A stretch of 64,000 nt of DNA from the NCBI RefSeq assembly GCF_964204645.1, contig NC_134026.1:28616150-28680149 (forward strand). Direction: 5' to 3'. Position 1 is the stretch's first letter; each line of letters begins with the position of its first letter. The notes beneath the pieces were generated by a model that made no database searches, was not told the DNA's origin, and saw nothing but the letters and a program-made list of their open reading frames with translations. The translations under genes and the position numbers were made by a program. This DNA comes from Tubulanus polymorphus. Lineage: Eukaryota > Animalia > Nemertea. This document shows, in pieces, positions 48,840 to 60,792 of this stretch.

Positions 48840-51590
48840 GTAAGCCTAATTACTCGTATGTTATCCGTATATGGATGGCGATATTTTGAATCGTGTTATT
48901 GTTAAGTATTAACCTTGCGATAATGTTTTATTCGGTGTTAATGTCAGCTGATTTTCGTTGTCATGCATTCATTTCGATATTGATTGTATCATTCGTATGC
49001 AGACTCCATTACTAGTAGAGAGATTACAAACATTTACACTACTATATCTGATGCAGTTTAATCTCATTCAAATAATTTTGAAAATATCACTCGCGCAAAG
49101 TGTCTAGTTTTATGAATATTGCTGTATTATAACTGGTCTGATTGTTTTAGTTTTTACTACAATCGAGAATTTTGATAATTCGGTTTAGAAATGTTTTATA
49201 TAAGGTATTGATAAAGTAGTAAGTCTTGTATAGATTTCTGTAGAACAAATCTGCATATGCATACATCGTGAATGGTTTCTTCATTTTGCCAACTCAATTC
49301 ATAGAAAAAAACATAAGAATATCATAGAAAATATAAACACTGTGGTTATATATAGATATATAGATATATATCTGAGAGCAAGTTTAATGTTCATGTTCAA
49401 GATATCAATTATTACTTATTTAGTAATTGCGCGAGTACTGTTTTGATAAACTTCAGTTTATTTTCATTCTCTCTCTTTCTCATTAAGGATGCATTTATGG
49501 ACGTTTTTGAATTCATCTGCAATAACATTATTGGTTAATAGGTCGTCAATATGCTGATCATCTGATCGAAATGATTAACATTTGAAATCATTACAATATT
49601 AAACGTTTCGTAGAACATAGCGATAACATGAACTGTTGCATTTGATAAGTCACGTGTAAAACAAATGTAACTGGTATACAGATGATGTTCTTATTGATTT
49701 TGTCTAACTCTACCATATTTTAATAACACATTCGGGTAATATTAAACTCCCTACAGAGGCACCTTTAGGTAACTATAAATTGTTGGTTTATTTTATTTAA
49801 ATAAAATCGCGATCTTGGTGCAATCGACGGAAATTTAAACGAAAAAGTATTTTCTCGAAGAATTTATTGGAAGGTGTGTAAACAGATCGTGTGAATATAC
49901 ATGAAATATTTGGCATCGCGAACTTGTATTTGAAACCTAGATTAAAATTAACCTTTGAGAGATGAGGTCTTTGGTCAATAATGGTTTAGTACATGAAAAA
50001 TTTACCTTTGAACAATGAGATTCCGGGCATAAATTGTTGTAGGCCTATTCAATGATTTCTACTTTTAAAAGGGGGAGATTTTATATACGTATGTGATGTA
50101 TGAAGTGATGTAGATTTGAGCATCCAGTGAATTTCTGTCCAAGTGGTTTCAGAAAAAGTGTGTCAAGTACATCTACAACCACATCCCCTGCTAGCGCTTA
50201 CATATCTAACTCCCGTTTTTTTTTTGCTAAGATCGATCAATTTTCATTGAAGCACCAAACTAGAACGTGTGCAGTTTCGGATATATGACGGTGTGCAGTC
50301 TTGCACGTGGAGGCAAAAATATTTCTGTGTATAAACCTGTCATAATTGTGAAGATGAGGCAAATACGGTGCATATGTGGCAAAGATCTAAATCAAACAGA
50401 GTATCCGGGAGAGTGTTTTCAGGTTGAAATCAGTGTCTGCTGAATTGTAGGGGAGATGGTTTATCGCTGGTCAGCAGCGTTAGTAATGACCGATCATCTG
50501 ACAGAGTTGTGAATTGCCTGTTAATGATACTATATCACTGTGAGACTGTCTTCATAATTGCAATCGTTGTTCACACTATCCGATCCTCCAGATATCCATG
50601 AGAACCGCGCTTTTTCTATTAATAAGCTTCCATTTTCTGTCATATGAGTCGCGTTACTCAGTAGTAACAAGGATATGAATCCGCACTCGCATTGAGAAAA
50701 TTCACCCCACGCATTTCGGAATTCAGTTTTTATGGTCTTTTATGCATCCCTAGAAAAATGTTTCAATAAATATCCGATAAGAGTGTTGCGCGTCGCTGTC
50801 AACAAGCAGTTCCTGATCCGACTGCGATCAGATCAGTTTCAATCATTTTTAGCCCCGAGGCAATGACGAACTGAGGACATCATTAAAATACAAGCGCGCT
50901 GAAATATCTGCATTAATGGCCTGGATGCTATGATATACCGGTAGTGATCAATTGTTAATTTCACTCATTGGTTTTTTCAATTTTTTTCGGTTGATTGAAT
51001 GCTGATTGATGGTGAAGCTTTATCATAAAAACGAAGTGATTGATTAAGGAAGCTGCTATTCTTTCGGAATATGTTTTCTACTCAAAGAATATATTTTACT
51101 AAAAAACGAAACGCTCTACTTGTGTTGTAACTGAATCTGAAAAGGTCTTCAATAGTTGATGATTTATTTTTGACAGTTTGCTACATATCCTAATAGTCAT
51201 CTTCAAGAATACTGAATGAAGATGATTATTAGAATATAGTAAAAACATCGAAACAAATCAGTAACTATATAAGAGACCTTTAGGGATATGTTTTTCTTTC
51301 TGAGTTTGAAATTTTCTATGGTATCACCACTCAAATCTTGAATCCATTCAAAATCATTAAGGTGCCAAATGGATTCATAAACTGAAATATCGTTTAATTA
51401 GATGGTTTGTGTGTTCATATTATCTGAGTATAGAAATTCGGTCTGGCTCTGAACAAGATGACCAATAATTAGACACTTTGCCTTCAGAATATGAGAAATG
51501 TCTGCTCAATGAACCTAATTTACTGAATGACAGTTAGGATAGTTATTAGTTATGTATGTGGATGATTAAGCTATGTCTTGTTGCAGACGT

Positions 51591-51640
51591 TTCTATCAGT
51601 ACATGTGAGAATCTCTTCTATCAGTACATGTGAGAATCTC
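51591..51640. repeat. Perfect 25-bp tandem duplication TTCTATCAGTACATGTGAGAATCTC x2
   Basis: Seen directly at 51591-51615 and 51616-51640. Confidence 0.9.
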
Positions 51641-52781
51641 GTTTCGTCTATCTCCACACATATCTATTATATGCTATGGTTTATGTCAGTTTTGATAAAA
51701 TGTCATTTCCTGTCAGAATATTAATGAGATCTTGACCTGATCTATGGCTTCCTGTTGATGAAGGCTTTTTGTGAAGAATCGAAAATATTTGAAACTTCAG
51801 ATGGATATGAGCAGTGATCATCACATGGAGATGATTATTTTAGTCAAAGTCAAACTGGCTCAGAACGTCCCGAGTAGTCGTCGTATTTGGCCAATACCTG
51901 ATTGTTCACTTAGTTAATCACTCACTCATCACTAAAATACTGTCAAAATGGTACTGTGGCAAGTGAGGTAAGTCACTGGACGTAAAGCATGTGAAAAAGC
52001 TATTGTGCGATCGTGGCTATATAATTCGGTTCAATGTTTCAGAATATAAAGAAACCTTATGATAGTTTCAAATGAGTTTTGAATCTATTTGTAGGATGTT
52101 CGCATGAGGCTTCTTGAAATATTGTGAAAAACATTTTGTGATTAGTAACATTAGTTCGTATGTCTCTAGTTACACCGATTATTTGGGTGTGTCTCGCAAC
52201 GTGTCAGCGTTTTTCAGGATTACGTGAGATCAATCAAGCTTGATTAACACACTCGACATATTTGTATAGAATGGCTGTACGTTGGATTCTGTTCTGAGAA
52301 GTTGCAGTTTTCGTAATCAATCCCCACTCACGTAATCGTATTTTGTGTTACCACTGTCATGAAAAAATTGGTCAATTTTGATGTTGCTTCCCCGCAGTAG
52401 AAACTAGTGATGTATAAGTATATCTCACTGATGCTGCAATGTCCTGACCTTTTCATGCTTCTCTTATCAGTCGTCTCCGTTATAAGCTGCAGCCTTCCTT
52501 CTGTCAGTAGCATTGCTGTTTTACCTGAAATCCATTGATCATCATCGCTCCCAGTGGAATAAGTGGGAGTTAATAGCATTGTCGACCTCATCTGCAGTCT
52601 TAGTGGCATTTTAATTAGTAGTTGCTTGAATTTGTGGTCGGCAACTTCCTCATATCTTGCTACAGGCCTGAGGTCGTCTATGAAAGCGGGGCTTAAGTCG
52701 CGACGGAACCAGAGGCAACTTGGTTTGAACGCCAGTTGCGGCGACCTGAGCGGATGTACCGACCGCCAGCGACCAAAAACA

Positions 52782-52857
52782 GGCATGCTACGACTGGTTG
52801 CATAGAGACGTAGTCAACCAGATCATGTCAGTATAGGTTCGAATCCTGCGTGTGCTA
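52782..52857 (+). pseudogene. Degenerate tRNA-like element (tRNA pseudogene or SINE head)
   Basis: 76 nt. Acceptor-like stem GGCATGC/GTGTGCT plus discriminator A, U8-A9, and a perfect B box GGTTCGAATCC at 52836-52846. The D and anticodon arms do not pair canonically. Confidence 0.45.
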
Positions 52858-55800
52858 ATTTTGAATACTGATTTTCTATGAAGACAAGTCTAGTTTTAGA
52901 TCAGTTTCATGGATGAAAATTATTTCTTGGTTGAACTCTGAAGATGATGATTTGAACGAGCTGCAGGGTGTCTACTTATTTTGCATTGCATTCATGAGCT
53001 GCAGTTGACTATCCTCAGTACTAGCATGGACGTATAGACTAGTTTTATACGTCCATGGTTCTAGCGACCTGAGTGGCTCCTAGGTTTTATCGTATGCAGA
53101 CCTGAGTCCAGGTTGTAATGTCACTGACCACCAGGAGTTAACCAGTTCTATTCAGTGCATCTCCTGTTTCAGGCGATATCCATAGAAAAATGAATGAGGG
53201 ATTTAATAGATGCTGTGTGAACAATATTTATTGGCAATTCGGTTGATTACACATGTTCCAATGACAGATTGTGACTTGTGAAAGCTTATTGATTACGATG
53301 ACGAGTTTCTGGTTACATGGATCTATTTATCAATATATGATCCGCTTAAATCTACGACGACTGACTTGTCAATATCTTCAGTCCGAAGTGATCAATGTCT
53401 TCCTCTGTGTATACCGATCACAAACAACCGCTAGAGATTTAGGTGCATGTTCTTTTTATTTAAGAATAAGATAGTTTTCCGAACTGAAATATTACAATTA
53501 TTCTCAGGACGATATCTGACCACATTATGAACCCGTTTGTCCAGAGAGTTTGTTTATTTTCTCCATTCTTTCCGTTGAATGGATCTTATTTCGTACATAT
53601 TGACATGAACATTAGTAACTCTGTTCTTAGTATGGTCTAATATTTGATTTCACTTAATGACCATTTGGTACTAATATTATTTTGTTTGCTTTCTATCATT
53701 AGGTTCATGTCCAAAACAAAGGAAACCTAATCATGAATTCAATGATCAGTAATAAAGGGTGTTCGTCTCAATTATATCCATTATTAGAAAATACAGTTTT
53801 ATGCTATTCTACTTTTGTAAATGACTTGAAACTCATTAATCGTAAGATGGAGTTTAAAGGTTTCTATAAGCTTTCATGGATGATGGATAAATGATTTTTT
53901 CATTTTGATTTAGATGTTAATTGAACGAACTGGTAGAAATTGAAAAAATTATTGTCTCCTAATGTTATGATGCAGCGATCTGGCAAAAACTGTCGACATG
54001 TACATCACGGTTTATCCTGCAGACCTGATTTTCAGTGTTCTGTTACTATCCTGTCCTGAAAAATACTAATTTGATAATTCTAACAGAAATGTACACGTTA
54101 GTTTTACAGAAATGGCATGTTACTGATCATTTTGCCATTGGTTAATAATTAATTTCAACATTTTCTTTCATATTTTATTGAAATTCTCCTGACAAAACAT
54201 TCGACTTGTTACTGTTAGCACTTTTCAAAGGTAGAGGTAATTCACTCGGTAATCTTGATACCTGATAAGGAAATGGTTCGATTTTTTTTTCGGCCAATCA
54301 AGATAATACTTTATAAATCTACATGACGGAAACGCTTGCTTATTCCGCTGGAATGACCTGCTGATTATTCCCATTTAAACCTTCCGCTCCGGAAAGCATT
54401 TGAATGGAATGAAAATTTGATGAAACTTCTTATCGCCGACAATAAAGTCAATTTATTCTAGCGGGTAGATTTTCAGCAGGGATCATTTAGAATAATTCAG
54501 CGAACTAACTATCGAGGGAGTTTTATCCATTACTGTCTGGTCATCTGTTGCCTGTCTCTTCATATATTCGTCGACATACACTAGAAATAATTACTGACTG
54601 GTCTCTATCTAACGACATTAGCGTTACATGTAAAAGTGAATTATTTAATACTTAATGAAAGCTGCCATATGCGCTTATTTATGATATCAAACCCTATAAG
54701 AAACGCCGCCTGTGCCTGTGCGTGCGCGCCACATATCAAATAGTTTACATTTATACCGCTAGATGTCAGTATATGCGCTAATCCAATAAAAAGTTTTTTC
54801 CAATGAAAAATTTTATAGATATCAGTCTACCAGATAAGAATCCCCCTTGTGAAGATAGCTATTCAAACTTATGATTGTTCAGTTAGTTGTGTTGAGCGCC
54901 GTGTTAGATACTTTTCAGATTCTTTTTCAGATCTTTCCGTTTGAAACTTGTTAAATTTTAGTTTAAATGTTGATGCTGTTAAAATAGTCGAATCAGTTAT
55001 CTATTTATATTTATAGAAATGATAGAAATTCTTGCTGTGTAGAGTCTCGTCATAACGGCATCTGATACAACGATTCATCAGTTATTACAAACCTAGAATT
55101 TCGTCCCCAAGGACCATTTTAATCATTTGATACTGGATATAGCGAACATATTTTCTGGTCCCCTGAAGTTCTTTATAAGGAGGTTCCTCTGTACATCAGT
55201 ATGGTGAATTTGATATCCATAGAATAAATACGATATTCAAGGATTTGTCTGCCGATGAATTTGATATGTATTTGTTTGTGAATTGAAGGAATAACGCGGT
55301 AAAACGTGACGCAGCTACCCACGAAACGCAATGATTCTCATATAACCTGCCGTCATAATCTCAGTCGTCATGGAAACGCATTTGTTGATATTCGCGTCCC
55401 GGAAGAAAAGTGAATGCTCGCGTCGTAATCACGAGATAAACAGGATTTATTTGAGCCTTGATTGAATTTTCGTTGCTCCTTAAATCCCTATTAGACGCAC
55501 CCGAGGTTTATTGCGTAATTGTAAACATTGTCCTTAACTCTCTTATTACACTGCTTTCATTTTCTTTCGTGTAATGTATATTTTTATTTGAACCTATATG
55601 GTCTGTCTATACTTAATCAATCGAGGTGATTTACTTGTAAAAGAGATTTTAATTCTTATTTCTGTCCATTAAATACAGCTGAGGATCTATATTGTTTATG
55701 GCGATAACAGCCCGGTTTATCTCAGTGGTTACTGTTTATATCCTCATGATTTTTTGCACGCCGCTGATAGGTATCTGCTTGAACTGGTGCAACTACTATT

Positions 55801-55884
55801 TCACCTCGAATAAAACCCCCTAAAACGTATTTCAGGCATCTGAAACAATAGTTCAATAATATCACAGCCACTGCCTTTGAATTT

Positions 55885-56080
55885 GGTGCAGTAGCTCAGT
55901 TGGTAGAGAACTTGACAGTCACACTACAGGTCAGAGGTTCGCCTCCAGTCTGTGAATTTCGACAGAAAAATGATTTTTGCTTGCTGCCTATAATTCTGTT
56001 ACCGGTGGCCTCCACAGGCAGAGCACATGTTCAGTAGGTGAGGACATGCTCCAAGCACAAGGGAGATGACATTATATATC
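55885..56080 (+). mobile_element. tRNA-derived SINE (or tRNA pseudogene plus tail)
   Basis: A box TAGCTCAGTTGG(TAGAG) and B-box-like GGTTCGCCTCC at tRNA spacing. Acceptor and anticodon stems are broken. A ~120-nt body ending in ATTATATAT follows. Confidence 0.6.
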
Positions 56081-56816
56081 CAATGATATTTATTCATTTT
56101 CAAAAGCTCTTTATAAATTCATGGCCAGTGTATCAAAACGTTTCAAGTTCTGGACTAAAAACACCTGTGGGTTTTTTATTAGTTATATGATATTTACAGT
56201 ATGAATGCAAATAAACAAACTGTGATGCGATCCTCAGTGTACCGCTGAGAATTATTATACATTTGTCATGAATTCTCATCGTTGAGAAGAGAAAATACAG
56301 TTAGTATTGGCTGATATCGTTTAGAATTATTGTTACGTGTGTGATCGGAATTGTAACCTGCAAGCGTGCTCAATTAGAATAGCAAACATTAATTAAATTT
56401 GTAAGATTTTGCCGACACTGAAAGTCATGACTTGAATTTCAAGCTAATGACCATTTACTGGTTGAGGACATGACTAGGGTTTGGAGAGAAACGCTTTAAC
56501 TCTTCAACCATGGACTAAAACGAATAAAATATTAGTCTGTTTCCTTTCATTGTTAACGCATGTGTTGTGTGAAAGTGAAGTCGTGTTCTTTTTAAGAATT
56601 TATGGTATGGCGTTTGGACAAATCGTAAAGTTCTGTTGTCAATTTGTCGGCGTAACGAGAAATGTAAGATTTCAGTAGGAAATCGCGTGAAAATGGCCTT
56701 CATAGCTTGACTTCTATATCATAGTAATGGTCACATCGCGTGTTAACTGGATTAGCTTCCAGTCATCATAGAATTAACATTTCAACACTCAGAGCAGGTA
56801 TACACAATAGGTAATA

Positions 56817-58400
56817 CAGACCTGACTTCGGCTACTATTTGAGAGTAGTTTCTACTCGTTTCAAAAGCTCAAAAACTCCCAAAATATCAAATCATTCTCA
56901 AAATAAGTTTCTCATTTTTGGTGAAAATGCCTACAATTAGAAATATCAGTTCCGTGTGAATCAGTAATTACTAAAACTTGACTCTAACGTTTTGTTAATT
57001 TCTGAGAGAATAAACAGATTGTTGACTGTGTAATTGTTGTGAGTGAGTTGTCTTTTCTTCCTGATTATCGATTGATCTCTCATCGTTGTGTGATATTTAT
57101 AGGTTTTTTGTCTCGCGTTCCGTAGTCGTACGGTCTGTTCGGTTTTAGCGCAGCACGCAGCGGTATGGTTGATGCGAAATCCATTCTTGCACGGCAATAA
57201 TTACTTGGTCTAACGATCGTTAAATGTAGGGCTAAAAGAATGGTTGTTAGTGCGAACCTCATTTAATTGTTTCATGTTGCTGGAAAAGAAGTTTATCGAT
57301 TACCGATTCGTTTTGTCTTGTTTCCGACATCAGGTGTTTTATCCCGACTCAGTGAAGCTTGCAAACAAAGAATTATTCACTTTGGCGATAAGTTGTTTCT
57401 AGATATTTTCTAAGACTTTCAATTCCCGAATAATCATTACATGGCAACTAATTTAGAGTAGTTTCTACTCCTTTTAAAGAGCTCAACTACTCGAAGAAAT
57501 TCCTCTCGAGATTGGAATAATTTCTAGTTCATTTTACTTCTACAATTTGAGATATCTGGTATTCTGATCTGGTAGTGACTAAACAGCGTATATCACATAT
57601 CGCGAACACTTGAATTTTAATCGCACTTTTTTTCTATATCACTGTTCAAATATTCCGTCAGAATCGGGTTTTATCGGAAATGAGTTTTTGGTAGTTATTT
57701 GCAGTTTTGTTGAAATACCTGGCCTCCTGCGAGCGACTGATTTAATGCTTTGTATACTGAATCATACTTACATACACAGCACTGATATTATAGTTTCATT
57801 AAACGGTGTAACGCTGGGGTTCTTTGAAGTGATGGGACGAGTCTCAATTATCAGCTATGTTTGTCATATTTATTGCCGATTCGTGTCAATTGAAAAACTG
57901 TTTGCTCAGTGAACTATTCTGACTAACTGTTCATAGCATTTCCTCTCGGTGAATATTAGACAATGTTCAAATCACATATCGGCTAAAGCTAAATCACATT
58001 CATCATTCTCAGGCGAGCTTATGTTTGCCTAATGAAATCCGTTTTCGAATGGTTTCAATGAATATTTGAGTGGTATACGCCATGTTTACACGGCGCGCCG
58101 TAAATTAGAAATATACCGCATGCTGGAAATTAGTGCAAATATGCACCTGAATTTCGATATAGGTTTTCTGTCTGAAATCCATTAAAATCAGGAAAAGCAA
58201 AAACGACACTATTTCAGGCGCCGGGAACTGTTAACCATTTGAATGAGCCTCTGAGGAGCCATGAATAAAGATGCATTGAATACGTGACAGTAAGTGTCAA
58301 CTCATTTCAACTGTGCTGAAAAAGTTAGAATATACCCAGACCTGACCACCATTTATTTGAGAGTAGTTCCTTCTCAATTACTCCTTGATATATCAAAATT
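56817..58400 (+). repeat. Three dispersed degenerate copies of a MITE-like repeat (family C) at ~56817-56890, ~57451-57500 and ~58338-58400
   Basis: Shared core ATTT(G)AGAGTAGTT(T)C; two copies begin with CAGACCTGAC. Confidence 0.5.
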
Positions 58401-60762
58401 GCTCAAAATCAAAATTTCTAGTTTTCAATTGAACTGCTATTTTAGATGTCAAATTGTGGGAAAACCGTTGCAAAGATCGATACCAAGATAGCCATGTCTG
58501 GTTATAGCTGTACTTCATTCCTTCTATTTTTATCAATAATAGACCGTGTGATATTAGTGAGGATTATAAAAGCGATGTTGTTATTACGCTGCATACATGA
58601 TGTAGTGACCATTAGCTAATATAAGAGCAGCATTAATATCAGCAATGAGCATCTATTACTGGTGACCAATATTTCTCTGTCCCACTGACTGTACTTGATG
58701 AACCACAGATTGTGGTTATTGTTGCTGGCATCTTCTACATTAATAATACCTTTATTATGAACTGACTTTACAATAAACCTTAATGATTCCTAATGTGCTT
58801 GCTTTTATAGTGATTGTCATATCCAATGCAGGTGCGGTCGCGTCTGCAGCCTCTCAGAGGTTGCAATTATAGGTATGTTTAACTCATTTGCAAATAGGTG
58901 AAAAACGTTCTGCAGGATATTCGGGAGTCCTTCCCCGGGAATATCTTAAAACTTTGTAGATTTCACTGCCAATTGAAGAGATACTGAAGTAAAAAAAAAA
59001 CCAACAGGAATTGGATGCCAGACTTGGCAGGACAATCAGTCATGAACAAAATTTAATCCTATCAATTTTTTGTTTGGCAAGAATAGTTGAACTGGTGAGA
59101 TGGGTAAAGGCCTGAGGTGACTGTTCACTAGTTTAGTATCAGGTTTAGTGAAACCATATATTCATTTGTTCGTACGTGTGACTGTGCATTATTAGTACAT
59201 CGACTATGGAATGCACAGCTTGATCCAGATCTCAGGACAGGTTGACGATCTCATATCATATATCCAATAATCACTTAATGCATAACACACACAATCTGCA
59301 GATGTTTTGTGACATGACACTATCTTTTCCAGAATCATGAATATCAAAATTGCAGCTATGGCCCACAACGTAGTGACTAACTGAAACTGTGCCCGGAATA
59401 TCAAATATAAAAACATAGATATATCATGAATATCCGATCTGAAATGCACTGAGCCGTTTGCGTATTCAATATGTTTTTACTATATTATCAGTGATAAGAT
59501 CGAGCTCCACCCTGTGTGCGATTATTTTCAGAGACATTAAATCGCTCTAGTCCTAATTTGATTACTTCGTTCGTTTCGAATTCAGCCTGATGAAGTGTGT
59601 GAATTTCTCCTGTGAAAATGTTTCAAGTCTAAAATCTATCGAACGAATCTCAATAAATCGAGCTTTTCGCGAGATCAGTCGATGATCGGGTGCTGGGAAC
59701 GGCCGTTAGCGCGTTATGAAGATGAATTCGTAAAGAAGAAGGAAGTAATGTTGTAAAACGCCTGGAGATATTGTTCGCGTCGTTTGTCGAAGAACAATTT
59801 CTAAATGATCAATACGTCGTATTTATCGATTATTTATCACATTTCTAACGGAGTACGATGTGTTTTATTGGAAAGCAATTGACACCCATAGATTTAAAAG
59901 TTGATTCGTCGTTCTCGTCGGTTACGGTGTTAAACGCATCTTCTTTACATCATTCTTACGAGAGCGGAGACGAGATCATGAAAGCGTATATGCGCGCTCT
60001 GTCAACTGCCTGCAGCTTTATTTGATCTCACGACTCGGTGAATATGCTACTAAACCGCTGAAGGGTTCGTCGGTGTCTACTGCCTGCGAAAGTAGTTTCA
60101 TTGAAGCCACAAGACGACCGGTATTTGCATCCTTTATCAGACGAATACTGACGTTATGTCCCCGCTTGCCAGTGGTCACTCTCATTAGTACGATCGGGAC
60201 TTCGGCGACGAAGTGAAAACAATTTTCTTTCGATGGACTTTAATGAAAAATGATGTTTTTCTAGGCAGTAAACGTTTCATTATGCGTCACGATTGCTACC
60301 GGCATTGTGCAAAATGAGAGATTTTCCAATCATCGCTTAAATTACGAGCCTAATTAGAAGAGCACTGAATCGCACTAAACGGAATCATATATGGGTGACA
60401 GTTTTGTTCTTTTGTCGCGGCATACGTTCTCATAATTAATGACGGTTGTTTTAATGATGTATAGAGGGAAAAACTGTTGAAACGTTGGAGATTGATTTAA
60501 TGTTCGGTGGAGCAATCTAAATACTGCAGTGACACACTCAGCGTAGAGTCGGCATCGTCGTCGTCTGGTGTGGTTTCCTACAGAACGTTCCATTAGCTTT
60601 ACAAACATCAGCGTCAACTACGAGACACGGTTGGGAGTCAAAGCCCTTCGAGGAGAGCGGGATATATTTCAACGCGACGCTACGTTATTTCTGCTGCACC
60701 GAGTATTGGCAACACGAGTCGACGAACAGCCCGGATATTCCTTCGAATTTTTGGCCAATCAG

Positions 60763-60792
60763 ATGATGAGTTTTCATCCGGTTCTCATGAAG
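60763..60792 (+). CDS. Candidate alternative first coding exon (MMSFHPVLMK, phase 0)
   Basis: Ends at an AAG|GTAGG donor, at the end of a CpG-rich promoter-like stretch (~59650-60790). The frame is open upstream to 60568. Confidence 0.35.

Noticed and set aside
52675-52700. GGGGCTTA as RNase MRP CR-V
   Set aside because: The matching CR-I (GAAAGUCCCC) is absent upstream.
52328-52786. 152-aa minus-strand ORF
   Set aside because: No recognisable motif; it overlaps a GC-rich repeat-like block that would lengthen chance ORFs.
55885-55957. Functional tRNA gene
   Set aside because: Acceptor and anticodon stems do not pair and the B box is mutated; better explained as a SINE or pseudogene.
59586-59615. 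Hammerhead ribozyme core (CTGATGA..GAAA)
   Set aside because: The required stems I-III could not be formed around the core.
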